From Williopsis jadinii (Eukaryota): 64,000 nucleotides of DNA. A model generated the notes under the pieces. The model had not been told where the DNA came from and made no database searches. It saw only the letters and a program-made list of their open reading frames with translations. The position numbers were made by a program, and so were the translations under genes. This document shows, piece after piece, positions 9,989 to 22,589 of this stretch (position 1 is the stretch's first letter; every line of letters begins with the position of its first letter). Location: contig AP024667.1 in NCBI GenBank assembly GCA_024346625.1, positions 1,240,001-1,304,000 on the forward strand, written 5' to 3'.

Positions 9989-12595
9989 GGTACGGACAGT
10001 GTACACCTGGACACCGCATTTTGTATCACACCCAGACACCAATTGTTTTTCACCAGTGTCAGAGACACCTTTCAAGGAGCATTCCAATATGATTGCACCC
10101 ATTGGAGGTATATGTAGATGTTGTTATGTGTATAATAGTGTGTATAATAGTGTGTATATTAGCGGACATTAAGTTCCCCGAGAGTTCTAACATAAGATCA
10201 TTCTTTTTATCGAGGGAAATTTGATCAAAGTTGATTATTTCAGTTCTTGCTCATCACTTCTTCAGGTGCTCCGGGTTTGAATTTGCCTGTCTAGACACAT
10301 TTTTGTTACAGAGTTACTCCTGGTTATACATATACTTGTATATTCTAAGCGATGAAAACGACCCCATTAGACCAAGTTTGCAACCTTGGAAATGTCGCTC
10401 ATTTAGACAACTTCCCAATGGCTCAAGGTCCTGTGCACGCTGTCGTGCACTCTCAATTGTAAAAACTCTCTGCTACACCAATATGTGCTGCCTGAATGTA
10501 GCAAGGTTATAAAGAAGAGGGAATAAATATTCATTACTATACCCATACGTAGTTGTTTTAAAGTACACATTTGTTTTTGGTATTCTTTCTGTTCTCTAGG
10601 GTAGCATAAAAATACCTTCCATCATGCCTCCAAGTTCTGTACTCCTCAGGGTTCGGCGTATAGTTTCCAAAAGATGATGAGGCCACAAGGTATTACACAA
10701 TCAACAACTAAACAGTTGCCGATACGGTTCCCTTCCACTTCAAGTGCCCGCTAAACGTTACTCGCAATATGAAATAATGTTAATATGATCATTCTTAATC
10801 AATATGGCGTGAAAATATAACACAAAAGGTTCTAGTTCATAAGAACTTAGAAAGCGAGGAAATACTATGGCTGAAAGAGGTCCTCTGAACCATTATGGAA
10901 ATGCCCGAACCTTGACAATTCATGATGCAGGTTGTTTCAATAAAACATAAAGGAGATGTAGCAACTGTTAAGTGTTACAGTAGTTTACAATTCGATTGAT
11001 TCAGCAATAAATCCGAGACTCGAATATCGCATCTCCTTGGACCATTACATGTGCTCTCTGACAACAACAAATCCATCCGATGCTTTCCACTAATTAAGTA
11101 CACTTCAACTGCTGATTAGCCTTGTAGAGCGTGCATAGTTAAGATCGTACTCACACTCGTGCGGTGGTCGCCTGCCTTGGTTGATACACTAAAGGTAGGT
11201 GCAGTGCTTCCAACCGGACACCACTCCCATATCTACTGGAGGAGATACTTCACCATATAGGCATCTTACGCTTTTATGAGGAGGGCTTTTCCTTTCGACC
11301 ATTACAATGCAATCAGAAATCTGATGTTCCGGTCGAATCTCCAACACAATGCTATCATAGCCGTTAGGTAAATTCCACTGCATGCGTCTTCTATGCTGAG
11401 CGAATGTTGTGCCCAAGCCATGCCACACACAGTGCGTGGAAATACCAAGCTCGAGCCCGGAGAGGTATAGACATCAATGACTCACCTCAGTGCATGTGTC
11501 ACTACTCAACTACAAGTCCATAGCATTCATCTATGCTTTCTCTCTCCCTCTCTTTTTGTTCTGCCCACCAACATGGTTCCGGAGTGCCACACACTAATCT
11601 CCATTCCAATATGAAAAGAACACTTGATCAGCAGAATCAATACTCACCTTTTTCCCTCGTGCACCGGTGCGATATATATAATGGATAGTGACCAATGCAG
11701 ATGTGATAGTATTCTGCCATAGCAATTCAGGAGGTCTGTTGTACGAGCCAAAGAGAAATGTATCGCCTTTATCAGGAAAAACACCAACAACTTAGCAACT
11801 GGTTACAACCCTGTATCAGCCGGGCCCCCATGTGTTCTGTCAAATTAGCAACGAGGCATAATTTAGAAGGTGCAATGTAAGCGGGACCTCGATACGATTA
11901 CTGGCACCAAAATGGGACAACAGGGGAGTCCAACTCTTTCAGCCCATTACACAGGGCCAAGAGTCCAGAACAGTGGTTTTACATATATATGGAAGAGAGA
12001 TATGAGTGTCAGCTTCAGCTAGCCAATGCACACGGTGATGGCGAGAGAGCACCAAACGGAAAATAGATCAATCAAACAGTAAAACCCACTCTACTGTTAC
12101 ACATGAAACTATCAGTGATAAGTATTCCACTGAGCTCACTATCATTACACTATCGCACTCTCATTATACCGTAGCCATCTTGACAAATCCTCCCCCCCCC
12201 CCTGTTTGACAAGTTACAACAACCAAGCTTTTTATGAATAGGCCACTTCTCAACATTAGCCTGCATTGCATAACTTCCACTGTATAACATCACACGAATT
12301 TGCAGGCCTATCGCAAGTTGTCGACGTTCATAATATTGAGCCCAAGGCGGGCATATGGCTGTGCGTGCTTGGAGAGCGGCCCCTCCCTGGAGGTCGTCAA
12401 AGCCCAGAGGAGCTTCCCGAATTGTGAGAAGAGGGAGGGAGAGGACGCTAACGTTTCTCCCAACTTTGGACAACTGGTGGTTTGGCCCTTGCACATCTAC
12501 AATCTCTGGGGAGTTGTTCATACGTAGGTCCTGCACCATTGGATATTAATACGGCATCACAGCAACGTTCTGCGGTATTAAAAGCTACAACAACA

Positions 12596-14866
12596 ATGGT
12601 TGCGATGAAGCCCAAGGTGAACAGCGTGGCTTTCGACTACAAGTCAGGACACTATAACTACAAGTTTTACAAACTGAGGACAGTTTTCAGGTATGCGAAA
12701 GCGTTTGTTGTGCTCTCTGCGCTGTACATTGTTTGTCGTCATTTGTTTGGAATGGTGTCAGAGGAGGACTTGTCCAGGGAGGTACAACACCGAGCTGATA
12801 ACGGCTTCGATGCTCCAGAAGATTCGGTGTTGAGAATGGACGAAGCAGCCGTGACGTCAACTCACTATGTCCGTCTTCTGGATAAGTTCACCGAGAGCTT
12901 TGCTTCTAAGCCCCTTGATGACAAGTGCGTGCTGTTCTTTGATGAGCTGTACAAGCAAGATGGAGATTGGGGGCTGGTGGATAAGACGGCGGACGTGAAC
13001 AAGGAGTATGCTCTTGGGCCCTACGAGTGCTTAGAAGAGTACATCAAGAGAAGGGGTAAGGAGTGGAAGGAAGAGCGTAAGGAAGAGTGGAAGAAGCAGA
13101 ACAAGGCAGAGACTCCACCAAAAAACTTCCCAGGAAACGTTCCTGAAAAGATGGTGCCGCAGTTCGAGCAGGACTATCTCGAGCTGAAGGAGCTGGTGTT
13201 GGAGCCTGAACAGCAGATGGTTGATAGCATAGTACAGGTGAGGGTCTTTGACCAGTGCTTCCTCAGAGACAATAGTGGTCCTTCGCTGAAGAAGCTTGAA
13301 GGGTTGAAGAATAACATAGAGCTAGACAAGCAGGTCACGACTGTCTACCAAGATGTTGAAAGAAGGATATTCCCATGGCTCTCCTCCGAACTACCGACGT
13401 TCAAGAGGTGGGATGGGACTCTGGTCAGGGGTATGCTGCAGATCTCGGATTACATCGATGCTTATGAAGACAAGGACATCGTACGGGATCCGCAATATAA
13501 AAACGCATTTGGAGAGCGTGTCGAACCCGCAAGCAAGTCCCATGCGTCCACTGTTGGAGATTCGTTCCTCCTGAAAGATTGGAGAAACTCGATGAATGGG
13601 AGAGGTATTGTGCTCTCTGTTGCTGACAAGTACAAAACAGAGATTCTTGGTCTTATAAGACTATTTAGAGCTTTGAACAATAAGCTTCCCATTCAGTTTG
13701 TTCACAAGGGAGATCTAAGCGCAGCAGCTCAGAAGGAGATTATCGAAGCTGCCAGATCAGACGATATATACATCCTTCCAGAGGTTTATGGAAAAGTTAG
13801 TGACCAAGTTCCGCAGAATTTCCCAAAGCAGGAGGTTTGGTTTGTTGATGCAAGCAAATGTATTAATAAGGCTTATGGTAAGAGCTTTAACAGTTACGCC
13901 AATAAAATGATTGCACTGTTGTTCACATCATTCGATGAAATAATGATGATGGATGCGGATGTTCTCCCACTGATAAAGCCAAACAACTTCTTCCATACAG
14001 GACCGTACGAAAGAACCCAGACTATATTCTTTAAGGACAGATACGTACAGGCCAAAAAGCAAGTTGAAGTCACTGACTTCTTCAAAAAGTTGATGCCCAA
14101 TGCTATTGATGATGCTTTGTTCGGTATACCAAGAGCGACAAACTTCACTCTTGAGAATAGATTTCTCGGTAAACAGTCTGCTCATCTCATGGAGGCCGGT
14201 GTTGTTCTTATGAAAAGATCAACACATTTTGCTGGTCTTCTGATGATGGTGAGATTAAACATGTATAAGGCTGTTACAGAGAAAATATGGGGAGAGAAAG
14301 AACTGTTCTGGATCTCTCAGTCCGTTGCAGGAAATGAGAATTATGAATTCAACAAATACGATACTGCTAGTGCTGGGGCTTTAACTCCGCAGGAAACAAG
14401 ACCAAAGAATTCATTATCTCATGAGTTGTGCTCTACACATCCGTCGCATGTCAGTGGTGATGATAATCATACACTTCTGTGGATCAATTCTGGTATAAAA
14501 TATTGCAAAGTCAAGAATGTATGGGAAAAGGATTTCAACAAGAAACAGTGCAAAAAGAAGTATAAGTCGATCGAAGATCTCAAGGAGAAATACTCGACTC
14601 CAATTAGGGTCAGCTCAGTTATAATACCTCCAAATGGTGATCGTATTATTAACAATGACATCGAGGAGCCAGTTAAAGGGTGGGTAGCAACTGGTTGCTG
14701 TAATAGTTATCTATATTGTGCTTATGATGTTATTGGTGGCTCTGCTGATCCACGAGATCAAGGAATTCTCATTCAGTATGATAACGCTACAGCTGATAGA
14801 TTTGATTACTTTGGACAACTATGGCTATCTGAAGGTACAGTAAAGTTAAGTGAGTATAGCTCATAG
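12596..14866 (+). CDS. GT71 alpha-1,3-mannosyltransferase, Mnn1/Mnt family (type II membrane protein)
   Basis: N-terminal TM segment (AFVVLSALYIVC), GRGIV, LPIQFVHKGDL, DXD in MMMDAD, EAGVV and WGEKELFW. First ATG at 12596. Confidence 0.88.
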   Translation: MVAMKPKVNSVAFDYKSGHYNYKFYKLRTVFRYAKAFVVLSALYIVCRHLFGMVSEEDLSREVQHRADNGFDAPEDSVLRMDEAAVTSTHYVRLLDKFTESFASKPLDDKCVLFFDELYKQDGDWGLVDKTADVNKEYALGPYECLEEYIKRRGKEWKEERKEEWKKQNKAETPPKNFPGNVPEKMVPQFEQDYLELKELVLEPEQQMVDSIVQVRVFDQCFLRDNSGPSLKKLEGLKNNIELDKQVTTVYQDVERRIFPWLSSELPTFKRWDGTLVRGMLQISDYIDAYEDKDIVRDPQYKNAFGERVEPASKSHASTVGDSFLLKDWRNSMNGRGIVLSVADKYKTEILGLIRLFRALNNKLPIQFVHKGDLSAAAQKEIIEAARSDDIYILPEVYGKVSDQVPQNFPKQEVWFVDASKCINKAYGKSFNSYANKMIALLFTSFDEIMMMDADVLPLIKPNNFFHTGPYERTQTIFFKDRYVQAKKQVEVTDFFKKLMPNAIDDALFGIPRATNFTLENRFLGKQSAHLMEAGVVLMKRSTHFAGLLMMVRLNMYKAVTEKIWGEKELFWISQSVAGNENYEFNKYDTASAGALTPQETRPKNSLSHELCSTHPSHVSGDDNHTLLWINSGIKYCKVKNVWEKDFNKKQCKKKYKSIEDLKEKYSTPIRVSSVIIPPNGDRIINNDIEEPVKGWVATGCCNSYLYCAYDVIGGSADPRDQGILIQYDNATADRFDYFGQLWLSEGTVKLSEYSS

Positions 14867-15469
14867 GGATAAGGTCATTATGACCTGGGCACACAGAGGT
14901 CATCTGCTTGTCATACTGCCTATTAAGAGAAAAAGTTTTGCTATCTCTGTCATCTCAAACAGAGTAACCAAGAGTTTGCACGGCTCCCACATATGGGGCA
15001 TAGTCATAATAATCAACATTATCAGCATCATTATTATAATCATCAACATCACTAGATTCATTATCATAAACTAGCACTAGTTATGAAATCAAGTGGTGAT
15101 ACGGTGTGGAAGGATAAGAATAAATATTCAATCTCCATGAATGCTCATTTGTAATGGTCTTATGCGGGTTGATAATACCTTGGCTTAGAAAGATGTCGTT
15201 TGATATATATAAAGCTAATGCCCTATATGTGCTGTCAGAAGTAGCATATAATGCCATGCACATGATGGAAGCTTTTATTCTATTCTTAGTTTACCAGCTT
15301 TGCTTAGGCTACCATAAAATATTCGTATTGTAATATATATCTTTCTGCACTTTATGTTACAGCATTCTGTGCACATTCCTATATATACGTGTCGTAATTA
15401 CATAGATATGACTTGGGAGCATTCCTGAAGGCTATTCTGTGAAGAAGGAAAACATCAACTTTGCACAAG

Positions 15470-17365
15470 TTAGATTGAGCTCACAGCTTCATATGCGATT
15501 TCAACATCTTCTGGATGAGCTCTTAACCATTGTAGATGATCCGTGACTTTCTTGCACCATAGTTGTGGTGCTTGCAATCCTTGTATCAATATATCTCCAT
15601 GGTTACACAGTAACCATTGCATGGATTCCCAGATCTTGGCCTCAGCATCAAATCCTAGCTCCTCGTGAAGATAATGGGAATACAGTCTTCTCCTGTTACC
15701 TGCAGTGTCGTGAATCTTTCTGAATCCATTATCATCAATTTTCCATGGGTATAGCTTCGGCTGATTACAATGCAAGAACATCGTCTCAGATTCTTTGTAC
15801 TTATGCATAGGGTAGTTATTCTTCTTTCTGTTGTAGACCCACTTGTCATCTTTATACTTCTCAGGATCCTGACCTTGTAGGTAATCCAGTATTGGATCGT
15901 ACTGGCCCATGGCGTTGATATGGAACTCGTATTCGCCGATTACTTCACCATACTCCCTGATATATTCTTGGACAACGTAATATGGAAGCCCTAACTTGTG
16001 GGCTGCTGCTAAGAATGTTTCCTTATCGCCCTCGCCTGCTTGTCCTTGGGAGAGCAACCCGTAATAATACTTTGGTCCAAAGAAGTTGTAGTATAAAGAC
16101 AAGAAGATGGCCTTCGCATGTGTTTTCTTGTTAATCAGAAGTTGACCGGTCTCTGACGACGCTTCTGGCAATGTACCTTCCAAGTCGTGGTACGAGATCT
16201 TCCATTCATAGTCTTCGTGAGTCTCCAGAGGCTGTGGGTGATCACGTTCGTCTCCGTAGGAGAATCTGACTTGATGAGTCTCATTAACCGTGATGTTGGC
16301 AATCTCGTAGTACAACGGACTTGTCGAGCGTCTCCAGAAATCTGGCCATACAATCATTCCATTAGACTTGAATGGTTCATTGATGAAAAGCAGGTCAGGG
16401 TTCTTCAGAGGGATGTTATCTGAATCAAGCATCAGCACTTCCTCGAATGTCGTCAACAACAACGCCATTGATTTCAACTGATACCCTCTGAACCTGTACT
16501 TTTTCGTATTAACGTATTTCGCCATAAGAATACACTCAGCACCAAAAATAGGAAATACTCTTTTACACAGCTCAGAGGAGTATTCCGAATCGTTAGGGAT
16601 AAACACCTCCACTGGTAACCTCGAGCCTGTATTTCGTAGCATAACCAATGAGAGCAACACTAACCAGTTGTACTTACCACCACCAGCGTACAGTATACCT
16701 CGACGTTTGAGCTTCTTTTCAAATTCATCAGGGAACTTGTCAGGAAGAAGATCCACTATCATCTGATGTGACTTCTTGAGTTCAGAGATATCCTCTTCAT
16801 TAGGCTGCATATAGCTTCGTAGGTATTCTTTACTTCGTATTGGTTCAGCACCATTATTCTCACGTAGTTTTCCTGACATTGTTGGGATCTTGCGACCACC
16901 TGTTTTTTTGTATATGTTGGACTCGTTGTAGTGCCTAACGTTGTTTATGGGTCCAACCATGGGTTTTGAGCTGAGAATGTTCTCTAGCAGCTCAGAGACA
17001 AACTCCTTGAATGTTGACTGTCTATTCAGTTCAGCATCTAAACGTTCCTTGTTCGTGAAATTTGGATACTCATCATTCAGATAGTACTCTTTCTCAGTGT
17101 AATCCAGAATAGTATGGATATCACCTTCAAGGGAGGTATGTTTGCCCTCCTGCTCAGCAATGACTTGGAACCCGTTGTCTGATTTGAAATATAGACTGTG
17201 ATAATGTGGGTTCAGTGGTTGATCAGCAGATCCCCGATCCTCGCCCAGTTGTGGAGGAATCGAGTAATACAGCCACTGTGAACACGCTATTACCAACGTC
17301 ACGGCCAATAATACCACGACCCTTGGAATTGTCCGTACAAGCCTGGACACTTTCTTGATGAACAT
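15470..17365 (-). CDS. GT71 alpha-1,2-mannosyltransferase, Mnn2/Mnn5 family, copy A
   Basis: TM anchor, GILYAGGGKY, LPVEVFIP, YQLKSMALL, LDSDN, WPDFW, ETGQLL, GAGEGDKETF-like motif and FLHCN. Confidence 0.9.
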   Translation of the reverse strand: MFIKKVSRLVRTIPRVVVLLAVTLVIACSQWLYYSIPPQLGEDRGSADQPLNPHYHSLYFKSDNGFQVIAEQEGKHTSLEGDIHTILDYTEKEYYLNDEYPNFTNKERLDAELNRQSTFKEFVSELLENILSSKPMVGPINNVRHYNESNIYKKTGGRKIPTMSGKLRENNGAEPIRSKEYLRSYMQPNEEDISELKKSHQMIVDLLPDKFPDEFEKKLKRRGILYAGGGKYNWLVLLSLVMLRNTGSRLPVEVFIPNDSEYSSELCKRVFPIFGAECILMAKYVNTKKYRFRGYQLKSMALLLTTFEEVLMLDSDNIPLKNPDLLFINEPFKSNGMIVWPDFWRRSTSPLYYEIANITVNETHQVRFSYGDERDHPQPLETHEDYEWKISYHDLEGTLPEASSETGQLLINKKTHAKAIFLSLYYNFFGPKYYYGLLSQGQAGEGDKETFLAAAHKLGLPYYVVQEYIREYGEVIGEYEFHINAMGQYDPILDYLQGQDPEKYKDDKWVYNRKKNNYPMHKYKESETMFLHCNQPKLYPWKIDDNGFRKIHDTAGNRRRLYSHYLHEELGFDAEAKIWESMQWLLCNHGDILIQGLQAPQLWCKKVTDHLQWLRAHPEDVEIAYEAVSSI

Positions 17366-18448
17366 TAGTACGGCAATGTCTTCTATGCGACTGCACAGGC
17401 TTCAGAGATGAACAAGTTCAAGAAGAATGAACACGAAGTGCTATCCCTGCGTCAAAAGCTTACTATGTGAAGACCAAAGATAGGTAGATAGATATATATG
17501 GACAGCTGCTTCTACTTCACCGAAGGAGAAGTCGAAAGGACGGCACCCGCCTGATTAACTGATGGAATTTCACAAACTGGATAGGGGACGTATCATGCGA
17601 GTGTATGTAGTGTGTATGTACGGTTGAAGCCCCAGGCTTCTTCCCTCATCATTAAATGACTGCTGGTGCGCTGAATCCCGTGTAGGCATAAGCTAAGACG
17701 ATAGAGTAGAATTATGAAGCCCAAGGCACATTGGATAGCCTCTTCTGTGATCATTGAGGGAGGAATGGCGAGGAATGGCAAGCTGTATTTGGACGCCTAG
17801 TATACCAGGCGGATTACGATTGTTACAGAACTTGCCAGCAGATGAACAGTCATATGGCTGTGTAGGAGGGCGAAGCCTAAGGAAAAAACATAAAGCCGTG
17901 AGATTATTGATATTCTGACTCTTTACTATATCTAAGAGCTGAAAAATGACGACAATACTTGGATAACCACTGTTTTCTAGTTGAGTGTCACATGATACTT
18001 CTGTCTGCCCAACAGATGTCTACGATATATCTACCACGTGTTTGGAGAAGGGGCTTCTATCTTCTCTTAATTCCAAATGGCGCCCACCGCCATGGCTGAA
18101 CTGGACTCTCGGAGCTGGACTCGCTAGGCTGGGCCGGAAAGGCTGAGCCAAATTTCAGCTTTAAAAATTTGCCCTGGTCCCCGGCGTAGGACAATGACAC
18201 CGAGACGTGCATAAAGGATGTTGCCAAGTTCTTCGCTCAGATGGCACTAATGCCGATGCTGTGAAATAGTTTTGATGATTAAAGGTTCAAATCAGATATA
18301 TTATACAATATACAACAACAGATGCTGCGTATGGTTGAATGAGTGCCAAATGGTATGTCTAGTGTTGTAATTACAGTTTCAAGATTATACAAGTACAGGT
18401 AATGTTATATCAGCTCAAAGAACCGTCGTGATGCATCGCTTAATGAGA

Positions 18449-20380
18449 TCATACATTCCCAGCACCTGATTCCTCTTCGTTGGTCTCCGTGTCTTCTGGG
18501 TGTGTTCTTAGCCATTGTAGGTGATCCGTGACTTTCTTACACCATAGCTGTGGTGTGTGTAATCCTTGTATCATTATATCACCATGGTTACACAGTAGCC
18601 ATTGCATGGATTCCCAGATCTTGGCCTCAGCATCAAATCCTAACTCCTCGTGAAGGTAATGGGAATACAGTCTTCTTCTGTTACCTGCAGTGTCGTGGAT
18701 CTTTCTGAACCCATTACCATCAACTTTCCATGGGTATAGCTTCGGCTGATTACAATGCAAGAACATTGTCTCAGACTCTTTGTACTTATGCATAGGGTAG
18801 TTATTCTTCTTTCTGTTGTAGACCCACTTGTCATCTTTATACTTCTCAGGCTCCTGACCTTGTAGGTAATCCAGTATTGGATCGTACTGGCCCATGGCGT
18901 TGATATGGAACTCGTATTCGCCGATTACTTCACCATACTCCCTGATATATTCTTGGACAACGTAATATGGAAGCCCTAACTTGTGGGCTGCTGCTAAGAA
19001 TGTTTCCTTATCGCCCTCGCCTGCTTGTCCTTGGGAGAGCAATCCGTAATAATACTTTGGTCCAAAGAAGTTGTAGTATAAAGACAAGAAGATGGCCTTC
19101 GCATGTGTTTTCTTGTTAATCAGAAGTTGACCGGTCTCTGACGATGCTTCAGGCAATGTACCTTCCAAATCGTGGTACGAGATCTTCCATTCATAGTCTT
19201 CGTGAGTCTCCAGAGGCTGTGGGTGATCACGCTCGTCTCCGTAGGAGAATCTGACTTGATGAGTCTCATTAACCGTGATGTTGGCAATCTCATAGTACAA
19301 CGGACTTGTCGAGCGTCTCCAGAAATCCGGCCATACAATCATTCCATTAGACTTGAATGGTTCATTGATGAAAAGCAGGTCAGGGTTCTTCAGAGGGATG
19401 TTATCTGAATCAAGCATCAGCACTTCCTCGAATGTCGTCAACAACAACGCCATTGATTTCAACTGATAGCCCTCAAACTTATACTTTTGAATATCGGCAT
19501 ATTTTTCCATGAGAATACACTCAGCACCAAGAATAGGAAATACTCTTTTACACAGCTCAGAGGAATACTCAGAATCGTTGGGGATAAACACCTCCACTGG
19601 TAACCTCGAGCCTGTGTTTCGTAGCATAACCAATGAGAGCAACACTAACCAGTTGTACTTACCACCACCAGCGTACAGTATACCTCGACGTTTGAGCTTC
19701 TTCTCGAACTCATCAGGGAACTTGTCAGGAAGAAGATCCACTATCTTTTGGTGTGAGGCCTTCATCTGTGCCATCTCATCTTCACTGAGCTGCATATAAC
19801 TTCTAAGGTATTCTTTACTTCTTATTGGATCAACCCCATTATTCTCACGCAGTTTCCCTAAAAGTGTCGGCATCTTATGCATTCTTGTTTTCTGGTATAC
19901 GTTGGACGCATTGTAGTGGTTCGAGTTGTTTATCGCCTCGATGCTAGGTTTTGAGCTGAGGATGTTCTCTAACAGCTCAGAGACAAACTTCTTGAACGTT
20001 GACTGCCTATTCAGTTCAGCGTCTAAACGTTCCTTGTTCATGAATTCTGGGTACTCGTCATTCAGATAGTACTCCTCCTCAGTGTAATCCAGAATAGTAT
20101 GAACATCACCTTCGAGGGACGTATGTTTCCCCTTATGCTCAGCAATGACTTTGAACCCATCCTCCGTCTCGAAATATGGGTTGGGGTAGTGTGTTCTCAA
20201 CGTTGCATCAGCGCGTATACGGCTTTCGCTCAGTATTGTAGAGTGGAAATGAGAATACAGCAATTGTACACACGCTATTATCAAGGCACCTGCCAACAGT
20301 AGAACGAATCTTCGCTTTGTACGCGTAATCAACACCGCTTTACTGGAAACCAAATCATAGAAGTATTTTAGACGGATCAT
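18449..20380 (-). CDS. Mnn2-family alpha-1,2-mannosyltransferase, copy B
   Basis: Same motifs as copy A; distinct N-terminal tail and TM. Confidence 0.9.
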   Translation of the reverse strand: MIRLKYFYDLVSSKAVLITRTKRRFVLLLAGALIIACVQLLYSHFHSTILSESRIRADATLRTHYPNPYFETEDGFKVIAEHKGKHTSLEGDVHTILDYTEEEYYLNDEYPEFMNKERLDAELNRQSTFKKFVSELLENILSSKPSIEAINNSNHYNASNVYQKTRMHKMPTLLGKLRENNGVDPIRSKEYLRSYMQLSEDEMAQMKASHQKIVDLLPDKFPDEFEKKLKRRGILYAGGGKYNWLVLLSLVMLRNTGSRLPVEVFIPNDSEYSSELCKRVFPILGAECILMEKYADIQKYKFEGYQLKSMALLLTTFEEVLMLDSDNIPLKNPDLLFINEPFKSNGMIVWPDFWRRSTSPLYYEIANITVNETHQVRFSYGDERDHPQPLETHEDYEWKISYHDLEGTLPEASSETGQLLINKKTHAKAIFLSLYYNFFGPKYYYGLLSQGQAGEGDKETFLAAAHKLGLPYYVVQEYIREYGEVIGEYEFHINAMGQYDPILDYLQGQEPEKYKDDKWVYNRKKNNYPMHKYKESETMFLHCNQPKLYPWKVDGNGFRKIHDTAGNRRRLYSHYLHEELGFDAEAKIWESMQWLLCNHGDIMIQGLHTPQLWCKKVTDHLQWLRTHPEDTETNEEESGAGNV

Positions 20381-22589
20381 CTCTCCCGCTAGCCCAGACC
20401 ATACAAACCACAGTTGAGAAATTCAAGCGGGAGTGGAAGAGGTGGAAGCAGAAACACAGAAAAAGTATCGAAAACTGTCCAAGACTTCATCTCAGAGCAT
20501 AACTTGGTAAATCTTTTCCACTGTGGACACTGAGACATATACTCAGCGTTTATTCAACCTCGACGAGTTTGATTGGAGCAGCACGTGTGTATGTATGCAT
20601 GCAGTGCTATTCCTCCTGGAAATTTTTTGGTGGGAGATAAGCGTAAAAATTTTTTCGTTTCTCTTGTTGTGCTTTGTATGCGGCTTATTACCGTTGTGGC
20701 TCGGAGTTAAGTTATAGGTACTCTACCAATTGGACCAATCAGGGCACATAATTAGGCTGACTAAAATTTACAACTGTGTGATAATCTCCCTTTGGCTTTA
20801 TGACCGAATTGTTTGAACTATTACTGCTAAGCGTCAGGTGCTGTAGATGTCATTAAGGAGGAAATTTGAGGCAAACTTCATTCTCTTCACTCTATGGTTT
20901 AGAGAGTAAGCACCTTCATCTTGTAGTTTTCATATTATATCGTTTAAGAGTTATGTCATTGTCACTACTCGTATTACTGGTAGACGTTCCAGAAGCACAC
21001 AACGTGCAAAGGAATGTGCCATTACAGTAGTTAGTTGTGTAATATATCGTGACGTGTACATTATTATAGGATTATAAGCTGGACCTCGAAGAGCACAACG
21101 GAGAAACTGGGCGGGCTAGAGAAGGCCTCTGCACGAGTCGATCGATGCATTGAAAACACACTTCAGGAGATGCAGACTGGTCGCGGTGATGGGAGATCTA
21201 ATTAAATGATACAAAAGCACAAGCCCTTAGCCTGGGCCTGATCCCCCGTTTCTGGTTGTCTCGTGTGAATTGTCATTAACCAACCAGCACTATAGTTGTG
21301 ATTAAGAAAACGTTCATTGCGGATTATTTCACCCGACTGACGCGTATTTTCCAAATCTAACGCGTGTGTGTCTATGTATGTGTGTTTATGCAGCCGGGCT
21401 GCAAGCATAAATGAGTGAACAAGAAAAATCTTTTTTTAGTTATATTAGGTAGAGGCTTCCCTGGTGTGTCTCTAGACCAATCCAACTCTGTGAGTTTGAG
21501 AGAATCGTTCTAGCTAAATTCAAGAAGTACGTTGATAGTAGACGGAAGCGGTGTATCCTTCAGTTCATAGATAACAGCAAGCTGGTGAACCATAGTAGGG
21601 ATTTGCTAAGGACTTGCTAAGGATTTGCGTCCATGCTACGCTCTGGAAGATCTCTTGTGCAACGCCTCGGGAATACCCAACTTGCTTCGCAGGGATCTCC
21701 GAGGATCTTCGATGTTCCTGGCGATCTTCGAGGATCTTCGAGAAGAAGCACAAACGCCTTAATCATAGAGTAATGATGAGCGAATAATGGACTTCCGTAT
21801 AAATTTCTTCTCCAGACAAGCAATTTCCAGGGGAGAGCTTGAGGTACTTGGTTGATTGGGATCAATGGATAGAGTGTGGATGCGCCTCCCGGTGAGGTCT
21901 GGAAAGTTAGCTTGAAGAGTAAGAATGCTCACAGGACTATAGAGAAGGAACCAGCCGTATTTCACACTGCAATTAGTAGATGAAATGACACTTAAGAAAG
22001 CGTACACGCCTATTAGAACTCTATGAGCAAGCCAGGAGTTTGAGATACAGTCGAGTTTGTATGAACTACAGGGCCAATTTCGGGCATGCCCAAATTCAAC
22101 TTACTCAAGAACTACGGATGGAATGAGGAACACGTCTATAACATTTTAACACTGGCGTCTTGTTGTCCAACAAAGCTGAAATTGGTGCAATTCTGAATCC
22201 GTTGAGTAAAATTTATTTAAAAATCCCTTAACATGTTACCGAAGCTGGCCTGCACACCATAAAACACAACTATATAGGTGTGTGATTACTCATACCAGCT
22301 GGAATTATAGAAGTCGACAAACAGTCCATTATATCTCAACATCTCCCTAAATTTACTGAAAGGTCTTTGGCTCAATGTAAAAGATGAAGTTATATTGAGT
22401 ATTGCAAAAACACCTCTCGAAAAAATTAAAAAAGATTCGCAAAAGCGCGTTCTCTAGAGTGTGCTTCTGGATAAGTAATCGGATTTTGGTTGGACCTGTA
22501 CCTGAATAGAAACCTGTTGAATCCATTGCAAATGGGTTCTGTAGACCAGCTGATTTTGTCTCCAGGTCGTGACAATACAACACAATGAT

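Noticed and set aside
10050..12590. Short ORFs in the NOP4-MNN1 intergenic region, and the similar 27126-27515 and 30645-31364 ORFs
   Set aside because: Mostly non-ATG starts, no recognisable motifs, atypical composition; treated as promoter DNA.
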